A DNA stretch of 64,000 bases, taken from Minutocellus sp. GHC0000111 (lineage: Eukaryota). The DNA lies in NCBI GenBank assembly GCA_977018835.1, contig OZ361258.1:1860001-1924000 (forward strand). The letters run 5' to 3'. Below the pieces are notes generated by a model. It worked only from the letters and a program-made list of their open reading frames with translations. It did no database searches and was not told the DNA's origin. Position numbers and translations under genes: made by a program. Positions 45,575 to 58,252 of the stretch are shown here, piece by piece. Positions within the stretch are counted from its first letter, which is position 1. Each line of letters begins with the position of its first letter.

Positions 45575-46280
45575 ACAAGAGAAGGGATCGACACTCCACA
45601 ATTTAGAACAGCTCAGTGGGCATGAGCTGGCATGTAGTGATGGTTGGCTCTACAAATACGATGGATGCGAGCGATCTCAGGACAAGAAGGGCTGTGACCT
45701 CTCTACCCAAAGTGCCGATAACGGCGATAAGGCAAAGGCGGCCAGCATTGATGGGGAAATTAGAAGCGGAATAAATGGTTTAGCGCATATCTTGCCAATT
45801 GGAAATAAATATTTCATAAAAAATACCCCTGTGCATTGTTACTATTCTAGCACATTGCGCACGTTGCTTGTCATGTCGCTGATGTTTAGACTCGTAGACT
45901 CTATCTTCTCTTCACGAGGACCACTGCTGTGTCGAAAGAAGTTGCCCTTCGTTGAAAATGCGGCAGGAACTGGGAATGCTCCGAAGCAAAACATTGGTTT
46001 GGCCGCCTTTAGATCTACTTCCACTCCAGGCGTTCCACCAGACGAAGAATCTGGTCCTCATTTTGCACATGCTCTCGATGAACATTGATAAAGGCAACTG
46101 TCAAAAAAATATTTTCACCGATAAAATCAATGATGGTCTTTGTCCGAAACATTGGAACCCGTTCGGTTGCGCCAGGGTGGTCGATGGCGTCAAGATGGTC
46201 ATGAATGACAGCGCAACCCCCAGTTGACTCGAAGTAAGGCGTCCTACCATGGACATTGGGATGCTCCTGCACGTTCATTT
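45575..46280. repeat. Duplicated segment (3' ends of two convergent genes), direct homologue of 52860-53550
   Basis: The + strand reads WLYKYDG.ER.Q.KKGC.LS.QS.DNGDKAKAAS in both copies, and the - strand reads EHV.N.DQILRL.ERLEWK* in both. The intergenic DNA also aligns. Confidence 0.85.
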
Positions 46281-47349
46281 AGATGTACAAACACGTAAAA
46301 TACATGCATGTAAATAGAAGCTACGTAAGCTTTATTGAGTTGTCATTTTGGGAAGAGTTATGCGCCCTTTTCGGCCTGTTCCTCAAGAGCTTGGATCCGG
46401 GCAGTGAGATCTTCGACCTGTTGACGATTGGCCTTGACGACCTTGAAGATTTGGCGCATCGTCGCCAAAAGGTGTGCAACTTTTCCCTTCAAATTGTTGA
46501 CGAGATCGATGAGTGAACGAGTTGTGCGCAGCAAGGACGGAGCCAGCACCTCCTGCTGCTGACCAAACAGGCCGGCCTCCAGGGCGTCAAGGCCAGGAGG
46601 GCCATCGCCCTGCCCACCGTTCATGCCGTCATCCACACGATTCTCCTCCTCGTTCTCCTCCTCGAAGCCTTGACCATCCGAGCCACTGCCGGTAGCTCCC
46701 GCCCCACCTAGGTGCGCGTGCTCAAGCAGGAACGAAGCGATGCGTCGAATTGCAAAACGGAATGTTTCGAGCAAGTGACGAGCAACGTTGGTGAGAATGT
46801 CGTTCAAAGGGTCCATTGTTCTGCAGGGCAAGGTGAGTAACATGATTGGTCAGTGCCGCGGACACATGCATGACAATGCGCAAGATGTGCAATCCATCTT
46901 TCATCTTTGACAGCACCGGCACGAGTTGGAACAAAGAATTCAGGCCGTTCGCATGCCCACGCAAACATGACCGATGCACACAGTGAAATGCATGTCATCC
47001 GATAACGATGCATGAAGGATATACAGGAGAAGAGCAGCCCGATCAAGCGATATCCCACATGATGCGTCCAACCTCTTACCCTTTCGATTTCGCTTTTTGA
47101 CGAAAAAATGACAAGATTTTGGCGCGCAAAGCTTTTGCACTCTCAGTTGAAAAAGATTTGCTTTTGAATCAAATGTTGTTGCGTGCGAGAGTGTATCTTC
47201 CCTAATTTTTCGCAGCATTCGAGATGACCGAATGCATGCTGTAGGAGACTCATCTTGCAATCCCTCGGCCGGCGCATCGCTCGGGGGGCCGGCGGACAAA
47301 GTTGGAGGCTGGCGGTCGCAGTGACTGTTATTCGAATAGCTGGACAAAC

Positions 47350-48610
47350 CATGACATCTGCAGACACCACCGGGCTTGACACGCACCCATTTCCGCTGGC
47401 GGACGAGGACGACCACATTTACTTCGACGAATCGACGTGTGTTCTTCGGACCTGCATCCACTATTGTGTCGTCCAGAAACCCGAAGCTTTCCATGGATCA
47501 AGCCACTACCTCGTGGAAGGGCAGGTCGGACTAACATGCGTCTTTTGTAAAGATGTCCCAACCAAGGAAAGGGTTGGCAATAGTGGCGCAATGTCATTTC
47601 CTGGATCGATGGACAGCATCTACAGAAATGCGACCGGTACTGTGAAGAGGTAAGAGCGGTTGCATGTTTCACTTGTGCCTTGGATTCTCATTGCCTTCTT
47701 TGTTTGATGAACTACTTTCATCTTCTCACATTCTTCGCACCAAACACTCATGCACAGCCACATTCTCAAGTGCCAAACCTGCCCTCAAGAGGTAAAGGAT
47801 CGCCTCAATTCCAACACCCGTTCAGCCAAGGGTGCCAAGAAGATGTGGATGGTCAGTGCCGGCAAGAAGGGCCTGTTCACTGCGCCCAAGGGTGGTGGAA
47901 CCCAGACGGGTATTTTCCTTCGCCCCGGCGAAAGCAACGAGCCCGTCGCCGCGAGTGCCCCCCGCAAGAGTGATGACGGCACGGTGCCGGTCGGAAAGAC
48001 GACGGTCGACGAAGCTGCCGCACCCGTCACCGCCGAAACTTCTCCAGCTCCTCCCGCTGCTTCCATGGCCGCTCCCGGCGGCCTGGCGAGCTGCCGCGCC
48101 GATGCCGGCACCCCCGACATGTTGGCCCACTTCGATGCCATTGCCAGCGGCACCAACAGCGACCTCCTCGACGACCTCCTCGAGGACTTTTTCAATCCGC
48201 CGGTTGCTCGCGCGAACGTGGCTGCTCCTGCAAACCTGTCCGCAAGCGGTGCTCTTCCTGGCCCTTCCGTTACCAATGATGACATGGACTTCGACGCCTT
48301 GGACATCAGCACCTGGGGTGTCGACAACTGGGATGTCGACTTTAACATGGACAATGCGCCGGGCACCATCGTTCCCTCGTCGGCTTCTCCCTCCATCGCC
48401 CAGGCCATCTACAACTTCCAACACATGACAACCGGGACTATGACTTTCGACGACGCAAACGAAATCAGCCACGGCACTCCTCCTCCCTCTTCGGACCAGA
48501 CCGGGCCCCGTCCGGCCCAGGTCACCCCCGAGAACTGTCCCGCTTCCGCCAGTTCCGCCAACATGGACATTGACATGGACCTATTCGATGACACAAGCAT
48601 GATGATGTAA
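47350..48610 (+). CDS. Protein with diatom-specific CxxC domain and acidic activation-like tail (putative transcription factor); intron 47650-47757
   Basis: GQVGLTCVFC...GAMSFPGSMDSIY...|HILKCQTCP...MW..SA.KKGL. The AG|GTAAG...CACAG| splice restores the frame. Confidence 0.75.
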
Positions 48611-50959
48611 ACGAGATTGGGTTTAGGGATATCACGTCTGTCGTCATGCTTGCTTGCTCGTTCGGGTTGCGTTTAGGTTGATGTGGGATCGATCTACATA
48701 TTTTACATTCACATGTTTTGCACATAGTTATTCTGGGACTTTTAGATAGCTACGTTTTTTGGAATAAGCTAATATTCAGTTACGGTGCATGTAGAACTAA
48801 AATTAGATAGATGCTACCTAGTGTTCATAATATTCCGCTTTGCAAACCATAATGTGATGTACAAGTCTTTGTTTTCTTTTTCCAATGTAGAGTCTAGGTA
48901 CGACATGTGGTTGCCATGCATGAAAGGATTTGTGCAGCCTCGAACGATTCGATTAGCCGCCAGTGTTTGATAAGTTGTTCTGCAAGTGACGTGTAAAACC
49001 CCCCGGCCACATCACTTGCTTCCCTTTGACAGTACATCTCAACCCGACCGGAATATCGAAGATACTCAGCCCCGTAAGCCGCACTCACAACAGCCCGTTC
49101 ACTATTCCCCGCCAATGTATTTTCTGTAATTCCTTCCAACGCAAACGCCAGGTAATCGTCACTCGGTGTGTCTTCAATCTCGCCACGAAGGCCTTTGCAT
49201 TGAGATCCCTATCATGTCCGATACCTTCGCCGGCACCTCGTATTCTCCATTCTCTTCCAACCTATATTAACTAATCAAGTCAGACGCTTCTTGCCAGCTA
49301 CTGCTATCGGGCACCGTCGGTCCGCTAGGAATCAAATCACTGAGTACAAGTGATGCTGCCGTGGACGGATAAGCCGCATAAGCCGCAAGTTGTCCACACT
49401 TGGCCTCGTCGAGTCTTTTACGGATAGCATTCATCTTGTTGATAGACATACCAACTCCCACAAGAAACGCGTTTGGTTGAGCAACATGGCGGCCGAGGAA
49501 TCGTGAGTAGAGCTGGCCCTCCACCTAAAATGCAGCATAGTACTACAGCATCAGCCTTGTTCTTCAAAAGCTCGAGGACTTCTTGGGTTGCTAATACCGA
49601 TCGCTGGTCGGGGATGGCTCTTCATTGTTGTAGTCCCCAATCTCTTTACTTCCCATGAAAATGCAGTAAAAGCGAACATGCCTAGCGGACATGTTTCCTC
49701 TTCGAAGAAGTATGTATTGAACAAGGATGCAAGGCGTAGACGGTCCACAGGCCACTCTTGGATGCCCCCCTTCGGTAACCCTGATGAACGGAATCGGTGC
49801 GAGATGGTCGGGGACCCAGAGCATATCTTGCAATAACGTTAGCGTTAGTTGGACTTTGTCGCTCTCGGCAATATGGACGACGGCCTTGCCCTGGCCCTGA
49901 CCCGGGAACTTGTGGCCGTGATAGTACCCATCCTTCTGGTCGGGAGATTACGTTGTGACTCGTCGATTTTGAGTGTTCTTCTGAAATTCAGACGTTCAAG
50001 ACGTTCAAGCTTGGAAGGGAGGACGCATCCCTGAAATCTATGGTGAAATCGGGGTAACGATTTCTTAAAAGAAACCCGGAAATACCACCCATCTCGAACT
50101 GTGCCAAATTTCCACCCAACCACCGACGACCACATTCCAGACGACCCCCAAGATGATATGCAACCACCATTCCCGCCTCAGTATCTCTTCTCCATATATG
50201 TGAATTGGCCAGGGAGTCGTCATTCTGAGCCTCTCATTCCTGAAACTGACGAAAATCGACTTTCGGCACTTGTCACCGGCCGACCTCGACATCCACGACA
50301 GCTACAATCTCAAAGAAAAGGAACGACGGCGTCGATATGATGAGAGATTGCCAACGTTTGACGACTTGAAACATCGATCCAACGGTATTGACGAGCGGCG
50401 GTGGAGCAGTGGTTTTGAGTTCGCATGTGCAACAGTCGCAAAACGCCGACGCCGTCTCAAAAATCAAGAATTCGACTTCGTCGCAAAAACGGTCCTCAAT
50501 GTCGATGTGGTCCTTTTGCTCGAAAAAATCCGCTGAGAGTGTCTACACAACTTTTGATATTTCGCTACTATGACACTACTGGAGCGATCAATATGCTTCT
50601 TCTGCGGTTTGGGTTTCAGTAACTTGATCAATTCGTTGGGGCTTTGTGGATTTGCCGAAAATTATCCGATGTTGGGACAGGCGCAAAAATCAGATGAGGT
50701 GGAATAGATCTTGAAATTCAACAGCGAGGCGCAGATTCTCGTTCAATCCTGCCAAGGTATGTACTAAAGAATGGAAGAGCATGTGTGGATTGTTGAGTTT
50801 GTGTTTGGATCCCATTGCATTCTCACACAATTACAAGTAAAACCATAACTTTTCAGATTCTCCTCAACTTCTCCACCGCGATACCACTTTCTCAATTGGT
50901 ATGCCTATCTACGCCAAATCGACGATACCGAGGCTTCCATTCGGACGGTATATACCAAC

Positions 50960-52225
50960 GATGAGGTCCGATAGCATTTTCCTGGCAATTGGGTCAATGG
51001 TTCGGCCAAACTATGTCATGTTGATATTTTTGGGGGGAAAGTTTCCGTAGTTTCGTCGGTCAAAATATCAGCATGACGATAGTTTGGGTCCATGCGCGCC
51101 CATTCACCACATCAGTACCTTATTCTCGCCCAGATATGATATGAGGAGGCTCATTGATGGAAAGTTTCGCGGGGTTGCTTCAAAGTTTGACGATTTTATA
51201 AGTATCTGAATGTTTCGTGGAGGTCAACGCCAAATTTCGCGGGGTGCTGATTCGAAATGCCAACATTGGTATTGAACAACAATTAACTACAACTACTCAA
51301 TGGGAAGGGCATTAAACAACGGCCCTTGGTATACCCGAGCGGCCTCTATGCTCATGAAAGGTCCTTTGTGCTGACAAGGAAAGTAATGGAGGCAAATCGA
51401 AGTGAAAATTCGAGGATTTTGTCGTAAATCTCGTTGGTCGTTGACCTCCACGAAAAGTCAGGGCTTATAACTCAACAAATAATCACGAACTCGACAACAC
51501 TCTCATAGAGCCGCACCAGGGTATATATCTGGTGGAATTCTATGGGTAGTAGCTGAAGTAAAATGGCTTACTTTGATATTTATAGATGTTACTAATGTCT
51601 GAGAGCAAGGTCGGGCTCTGCGGTGGCCCCATCGCAACCACTGTTGATGACTATGGCTACAATACTTCATCGAGTGGACAAGAACACATTATTTACATAA
51701 AAATAACTTCTTATACATATACACAATGGAACTAAAGCAAATAGAATACTCTTGGTTGCGTCCTCATGCCGATCTATCATCCTCCTCCCTCAGCAAGGTT
51801 GACCTCCTGCAATCTTGCTGAGAGCATCATAAAAATTGAATGCAATCAATAAATTTATCCCCATCACTCGCAGTAACCCAATGAAACTCATCAAAACTCG
51901 AAAGATATATAATGCTAGGAGACAACTGCATGGGAGTGTTCACGAGTTTGCATGCATGGGGCGGACAGCATCAATTCTACATCTCTGACTCAGGGCGCCT
52001 TGGCCTCCAGCCCATTTCACCAAGATGTTCCACATGCACCAAATAGACAAGATACTGCCGCTTTCTCTTCACCTCCAGGCAATTTCTAATGGCCCCATAT
52101 ATGCAGCTAGGTGACACAACCGAGAAATGTGTAAAAAGTGTCTCCACATTGATATTGTCGGCACCGATGAGTCCAATTGGGGGGCGAAATTCAACCTCCA
52201 CCAGCACAGAATTTTACTGTGCCGA
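50960..52225 (-). repeat. Non-coding repeat, copy B (inverted copy of 36380-37640)
   Basis: See copy A; the outer ends correspond (GTCG..CAGTA...TGTGCTGG.GGAGGTTG). Confidence 0.9.
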
Positions 52226-53337
52226 CGCTAACTAAAGTAGTTGGTGTTCGTTTCAACGACGGGTGCTTTTCCTACGGTCCTATGCACCACTATGGTCGAT
52301 TGGAAGCATAAAATCGGCCGTTGGGTTTGTAAAACTAACAACAATCCACCTCCAGGTCCCTGCTGATCCTCGCGTTGCCGTCGGTGGATGGCGCCAAGAG
52401 GGGGTAAATGGAAAGTAGAGAAAAATCTCTCCAATTCCAGTGAATTTTTGTAGTAACCGGCACAGTGGTTCTCAACAGTATGAACTAGGAGCTACCCGTT
52501 TACTACAAAAATGCACCAGGTGGTGCCTGCGCTACGACAGGGAGCGGTGGTGCCCATTTTGGCGCCATTTTCTCGTGCAATTAGTATGATGGATTGAAGC
52601 AGCACAAGTGCCGTGACTCATTTTGCGTCTGCGACCAGGAACATGGGTATGCTTCTTCTCCTCCATTCGCCGCCCATCCTCCTTGCGTTCGCCCCCTTGA
52701 GGATCCAAAAAGGACAGACATGTTGTCGTCGTCAACAGAAAGCCACAAATCGGTCTGAACGATTTGAGTCCTTGGCCCGGCCTCGAGATCTTCAACAATG
52801 TGCCGGATGCCTAAATGTGCTGTGCTGATGGGTTAACGATGGCGCCGATAGCTCAGCCTTAAGAAAGGATTGACGATTGACGCTCGATAATTTGGAAAAG
52901 CTCGGTGGATATGAGCTGGTATATAATGATGGTTTTGGCTGTACAAATACGATGGATATGAACGAACGCAGGGCAAGAAGGGATGCGAGCTCTCTAGCCA
53001 AAGTACCGATAACGGCGACAAGGCAAAGGCGGCCAGCAGTGATGGCAAAATAGAAACGGAGTAAACTACTGAGTGAGAAGTATGCTGATATCGTGCTAAA
53101 TGTCAATACATGTCTCAATGTAATAAAAAACTATATGTGATCTGTTCTAATACTGCGCGCGTTGCTTTTGGATTACCAGAAGAATACCATGTCGCCAATA
53201 ATGCCACTGGACCATCGCTTTCGTAGACTCTATCTTTTCATCACCAGGACCATTACATTATCGAAAGAAGTCGACCTTCTTTGAAAATGCGGCAGGAGCG
53301 GGGAATGCCTTGAAGGAAAATGTTAGTTTGGCCGCCT

Positions 53338-54280
53338 TTACTTCCACTCAAGGCGTTCCATCAGACGAAGAATTTGGTCCTTATTTTCCACATGCTCTTG
53401 ATGACCATCGATGAAGGGAATCACCAAAACAGCCCACTCCTTTTCATTACACAAAATTTCAGCGCGTAAGGAAAATGGGACTTCTTGGGCTTGCGCCAGG
53501 GTCGTCGATAACGTCGAGATGGTTATGAATGAGAGCGTATTCTGTCATTGAATGGAAAAAAGGGCCCGTAGGTTGCGCAAGCAACATAATGGTTTCAGTC
53601 CTCATGAGAGTGGCGAATTTCCCGGTGGTCCTATCGAATACGCGAACATCAAGGCTCCCATCGATGGTCCAGTGATCGCCAGGTGCCCCACCAGCCGCCT
53701 TGAAAGTATCGACGAGATCATCGCCATAGCTTCGAGGACCAAAAGGAAAGAGGATGCTCTTTTTACAAACACCCAGGGGAACAAATGTTTGCAACTTCTT
53801 TCCAAGGATGTTGGCTTTCAACTCGAACGAGTACTCCGAGAAAGGTTTGGGAGGAGGACGCGGGGCGACCGGGGAGTCGGTCAGGAGGCGCTTGAGGTAG
53901 GACATACTTGGGCCGGCTTCCAATTTGCCGAGGCCGAGACCCCGGTGCGTGAGAGGATGGGTGTGGACGGCGAGCAACTTGTTCCAGTTGTCGTTGCCGC
54001 CGAATATGCTCCACGACTTTTTGGACGTGCAGCGAATCTTGCCGGCGACCTGAACCCCACCGAATTCGACGGTCTTCCTGGCGAGAACCGTCTCTTCGTC
54101 GTTGAAGAACCGGGCAATGGGATGGTCGTCAGAAAGGCCGAGGTACTCAGCGACGTTGATACTGTGTCCACCCCTGTTGTTCTTGTCGTTGTTGTTCTTG
54201 TCATTGTCGTCGGAGATGGCGAGGGCGCCGACGTTGACGTCGTTCAGCTCGGTACCGGCGTTGTGGTTGTTGATGGACAT
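53338..54280 (-). CDS. Hypothetical protein, frameshift at ~53465; paralogous C-terminus at 46015-46278
   Basis: ORF 53459-54280 continues in another frame as AEILCNEKEWAVLVIPFIDGHQEHVENKDQILRLMERLEWK*. Confidence 0.6.
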
Positions 54281-54563
54281 GATTGTTGAATCAATATGAG
54301 ATGATTGGCGGAAAATAAAGTTTGATCTGCGGTGATGAGAGGATAGGCGGGCCGAACGAGATGACGGTGAGAGGAAACAGTGTGCAGCAGCCAGGCATCG
54401 GCGCTCGGCAGCCCGGCACGGAGAGGGCAGCCAAGCCCTCGGCCGGCGTTCGAATAAATTGCATCATCGATACGTCATTCCGAAATATGACCAAGTTGAC
54501 CGTATTTTGTCACCTCCCTTGTTTTTGTCGATGCCATGTTTTCCAGCACGATATTCGAGAACG

Positions 54564-55893
54564 ATGGGAAAGAAGAGCAGGCGCCGCACTGGCCGGGGCA
54601 AGGGGAATGCCTCTGGCGGTGGTGCCGCTAGCGTCCTTGATGCGGCCATTGATGATGGCGCCGATCCGTCGGCAGCCGGAGCAGGATTGGGGACGGAGCG
54701 TGACACTCTGCCCAGCAACGTCGAAACCGAAGAAGCCGTCACGGAGAGAGTGGACACCGCAGCTGCTCTCGCCAGAATCCTGAAGGGTATCACGCCCCGG
54801 GAAAGTCTCAAGGGAATCGTCAACACGAATGCCGACCCCCTCCAGTGCGCCAGCAAGGATTGCTCTCGCAAGCTTGACTTCTGGAGCATTGGAACCAACA
54901 AATTAATGCGGTGTTGTGGGAAGCAATTTTGCGCAGAGTGCAACCCACTGCCCGTCGACCTCCTTGGGAATGTGCGTTGTTCTGGATGCCGTGGATCACA
55001 ACTTTGGAAGCTATTCACTGCCGAAAGGGTGGAACGGTCTCATTCGGGGGAAAACTGGGCTCAGTACGTGCTGGGACATACCTTCCTTAGAACCGACGAT
55101 AGTAGCTCCGCTGATGGTGTGAAATGGTTACAAAGGGCAGCTATTCGGGGCCATCCTCCAGCTTTACTCAGGCTGTCACATGAGCATGCCATGGGCAGAA
55201 ACCTTCCCCGCAGTCTATCATGTGCTCAGATCCTGGCCTGGAAGGCTGTGGAGCTTTGGGGTGACTCGGACTGGCGCCGCCAGTGTTTTGTGTATTTGAT
55301 ATGTTTTGCCGAAGAACTCGCTGCAGACGGATCGGATGAAGGGCTTGACGAGGCCGGTGCCATACTGCGGGACATTGCCAAGGACGCCGAAAAGGTCGAC
55401 CTCAACGCCGAATACTGCTTTCGGGCCGCTGAGATCCTGGAAAGAATTGAGTCGGTCGATTCTCGCTCAGCATGTGCCAGATTCGCTTCGAGGCTATTTA
55501 TTCGGCCATCCTTAAGTCGCGGCGCATGCAAGCGCATTCCACCTTACGGCGAGGGAGCCTGCTCTGAGCATGCTGTGGTTTTCGATTAGTCGTAAAATAC
55601 AGCAGCATACGAGTGACAGTGAAACCCTGTCGTTTTGGGAGGAGCTGCTACAAAAATGCTGGTCCGTTCTTCGCAAAATTCGCTATTCCTGCGGCGGCTG
55701 CGGCGCTGTTCTGGAGGGCGATATTCGCAAGATGTGCCGCCGCTGCCGGACGTATTGTTACTGCAGCCGCGAATGCCAGGAACTGCACTGGAATCGTGCC
55801 CACTATGGCCATAGGGAAGAATGCATGGAGGTCGCGGCAGAAATGCGCAATCTCTTGGCAGCCATCCAGAATGGACAACTTCAATTGCCCTAG
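54564..55893 (+). pseudogene. RING-like + Sel1 repeat + MYND zinc-finger protein, disrupted at ~55495-55515
   Basis: MGKKSRR start, CCGKQFCAEC, WAQYVLG, WLQRAAIRGHP and MYND CGGCG...CRRCRTYCYCSRECQELHWN...HREEC. There is a frameshift, and a TAA at 55513 in the downstream frame. Confidence 0.75.
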
Positions 55894-56103
55894 GGGAATT
55901 TTTGGGCAGCGTTTTTATGTTTTGTGGTACCTCTCGAAAGGTACGTGTCTAGGTTTTTAAGCATTTGTCGAATAAATAGATGTTTGTAACGCAATATATT
56001 ACATATCAGCAAAGAATGCGCTAATGCAATCAAATATGAACACGGTATTTGCAAGAGATTGCAAACAAGCTGTGGTAAGACTATTTTATCCGCTACGCCA
56101 AAC

Positions 56104-57804
56104 TTACCACAAACTACTCGGATCCCCTCCAGTTTGAGGAGACGGGCCGTAGGTGTATCCGTCTCCACCTTCTGAATTATAACCACCGCCCCTCCTCGCC
56201 GGTCCAAGCGATCCACTCGTAAAGGCGACGAATCCCCTCGATACTCGATTCGATCCACCGTCTACGCCACCCATCGCTCCTGCCCCACCGGCCATCATGG
56301 AACTGCCAACGACGCCCTCCATACCCTCCATCTGCGGCTTGTGCTCTCTCCATTTTCCATCTGGACCACCACTCACAACGACCTCGGCAAGCCTTACATT
56401 ATTTCCATACTCATCAACGATTCCAGGATTGATGGTACGCAGTACCACCCCGCCTTCACGGGTGGTACTAGGTTCAAAGTCCATCACATACATGCGCGTT
56501 TTGTCCAACCGAGTACCTCGATTGACCACATATTCACCTGGACCAAGATCCCACACCTTCTCGGGCTCTTCGGCGTCATCGATGCCCTGACCGATCGGTT
56601 CTTCACCGAGCGATACCGCCACTTCTGCCTTTTGCGTCATAGTCCGACCAAACCGCATGCCCGGCTTGACTGTTCGTAGTACCAATCCTCGGGATATTGC
56701 GTTTGAGTAATCGGTGGATGTGGTCGACATGAATGCTGGATCGGGCAAGTGGCCAGGGTGGATGGTGAATTCGAGCCAAGTATCGTCGGCCGATGGTGCT
56801 GCACTTGGAGGCAATGCCGTGAGTGGTGCCAGTTGCATTGCTGATGCCGATGCCGATGCTGATCCGAAGGCATTGTTGTTGTTGTTGTTGTTATTGGTTT
56901 GCAATGACGGCAGACCTCCTCCGAACGGACTGTTATTTCCAAGCGGACTGTTAGTATTGACTTGCGCTCCGCCAAAACTGGTATCTTGACTTTGGCCAAA
57001 GGGCGACTGCGATGAGCCTATGCCAGAGTCCACATTGTTATTATTAGTATTTGGGTTGGACAGAAACGACGGGTTGGCCGGAGGTGATGATATATTGTTT
57101 CCAAGACCTCCTTCGCTTGTAGCGGTTCTTGGCATATTGGTACCGCCAAACGGATTGGCCGCTGCTGGAGTTTGCTGTTGCGTTGGCTGTTGGAATGGAT
57201 TTGGACTGCCGCTGGCATTGCTAGATGTGAAACCATTGTTCTTATTTGTACCAAATGGGGAAGAAGATTGTCCACTGGTGGTACTGCTGTTCGAAGACGA
57301 TGACCCTCCGCTCCCGAACGGACTGTTGCTTCCCGGACCCATCGGCGGCTTTGGCTGCAAAAATGGATTGGGGCCGGGGCCACTATTTCCGCCATCGTTA
57401 TCACCATTTTCACCATTATTGCTTGGCGGAAATCCGAAGGGAGAAGGCGAAGACGGAATACTGGTACTGCCGCTGCCTTCTTGGCTCTGGCCGCCTTCTG
57501 GGCCGTTGACGAAAGGGTTGGGACCAGCACATATCGCCGTGGATGATAACCATGCGCAAGAACGACGTGATCGACAACAATTATAATTCATATAATGAAG
57601 ATCAGTATCCTTCATACACCAACCAAACGCCACTGATGGCACCGACGAATGCACACATATACTCTTAGCGCTGAAGGCATGGGCAACGTCGAGAAGAGCC
57701 AGAGATGAAGAAGCAGCAAATCGAATGCCGACACCGCCGATGGTGGACGTTACCACGCTTAAAATGGCCAAGCGCTTTTTGGGCGGCCGTGAGATATGCG
57801 TCAT
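56104..57804 (-). CDS. Hypothetical protein with AHAF presequence motif, NPF/SPFG low-complexity region and duplicated C-terminal module
   Basis: Long ORF with DVAHAFS, repeated PNPF/SPFG in G/S/N-rich spacers, and G(L/V)VLRT(V/I).PG...AEV.VS twice. Confidence 0.6.
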   Translation of the reverse strand: MTHISRPPKKRLAILSVVTSTIGGVGIRFAASSSLALLDVAHAFSAKSICVHSSVPSVAFGWCMKDTDLHYMNYNCCRSRRSCAWLSSTAICAGPNPFVNGPEGGQSQEGSGSTSIPSSPSPFGFPPSNNGENGDNDGGNSGPGPNPFLQPKPPMGPGSNSPFGSGGSSSSNSSTTSGQSSSPFGTNKNNGFTSSNASGSPNPFQQPTQQQTPAAANPFGGTNMPRTATSEGGLGNNISSPPANPSFLSNPNTNNNNVDSGIGSSQSPFGQSQDTSFGGAQVNTNSPLGNNSPFGGGLPSLQTNNNNNNNNAFGSASASASAMQLAPLTALPPSAAPSADDTWLEFTIHPGHLPDPAFMSTTSTDYSNAISRGLVLRTVKPGMRFGRTMTQKAEVAVSLGEEPIGQGIDDAEEPEKVWDLGPGEYVVNRGTRLDKTRMYVMDFEPSTTREGGVVLRTINPGIVDEYGNNVRLAEVVVSGGPDGKWREHKPQMEGMEGVVGSSMMAGGAGAMGGVDGGSNRVSRGFVAFTSGSLGPARRGGGYNSEGGDGYTYGPSPQTGGDPSSLW

Positions 57805-58252
57805 TTTTCTCTGTGAAAGGGCAAATATATACCAGCAATACAGTATAATACTGTGTTGTGAGGCCGGTTCGATATGTTGCTTGGTCAAGGCAAGTGGGCG
57901 TATCTTCAACGACAACGACGACAGCAGCAAGGAAGAACTCACATGGTAAGCCAACAGCGATAAATCGAATGCTGAAAAGCAATAAAACTTTCGGAGAGGA
58001 AATTTCCTTACGGAAACTTGAAAGACGCTCAACATTCGTGCCAAAAGATAGAATGTCCAATTTGGTCACATTTTTTTGGCCGAAAACATTGCCGTGGCGT
58101 GGGATCATGTTGTGTTGGCAGTACCCCAGTGCAGCAGCACCAGCCATGCTCTCACGGCCGGCCCTGCTGCCACTTTGAGCTCGCGCAGAGAGACTAGCTG
58201 CTAGTGCGAAATCACGAAATCACGAAAGCGAAAGCACGTGCATTCCGACAGA

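Noticed and set aside
48890..50540. Possible gene or transposon ORF remnants
   Set aside because: Only short interrupted ORFs; no recognisable family motif.
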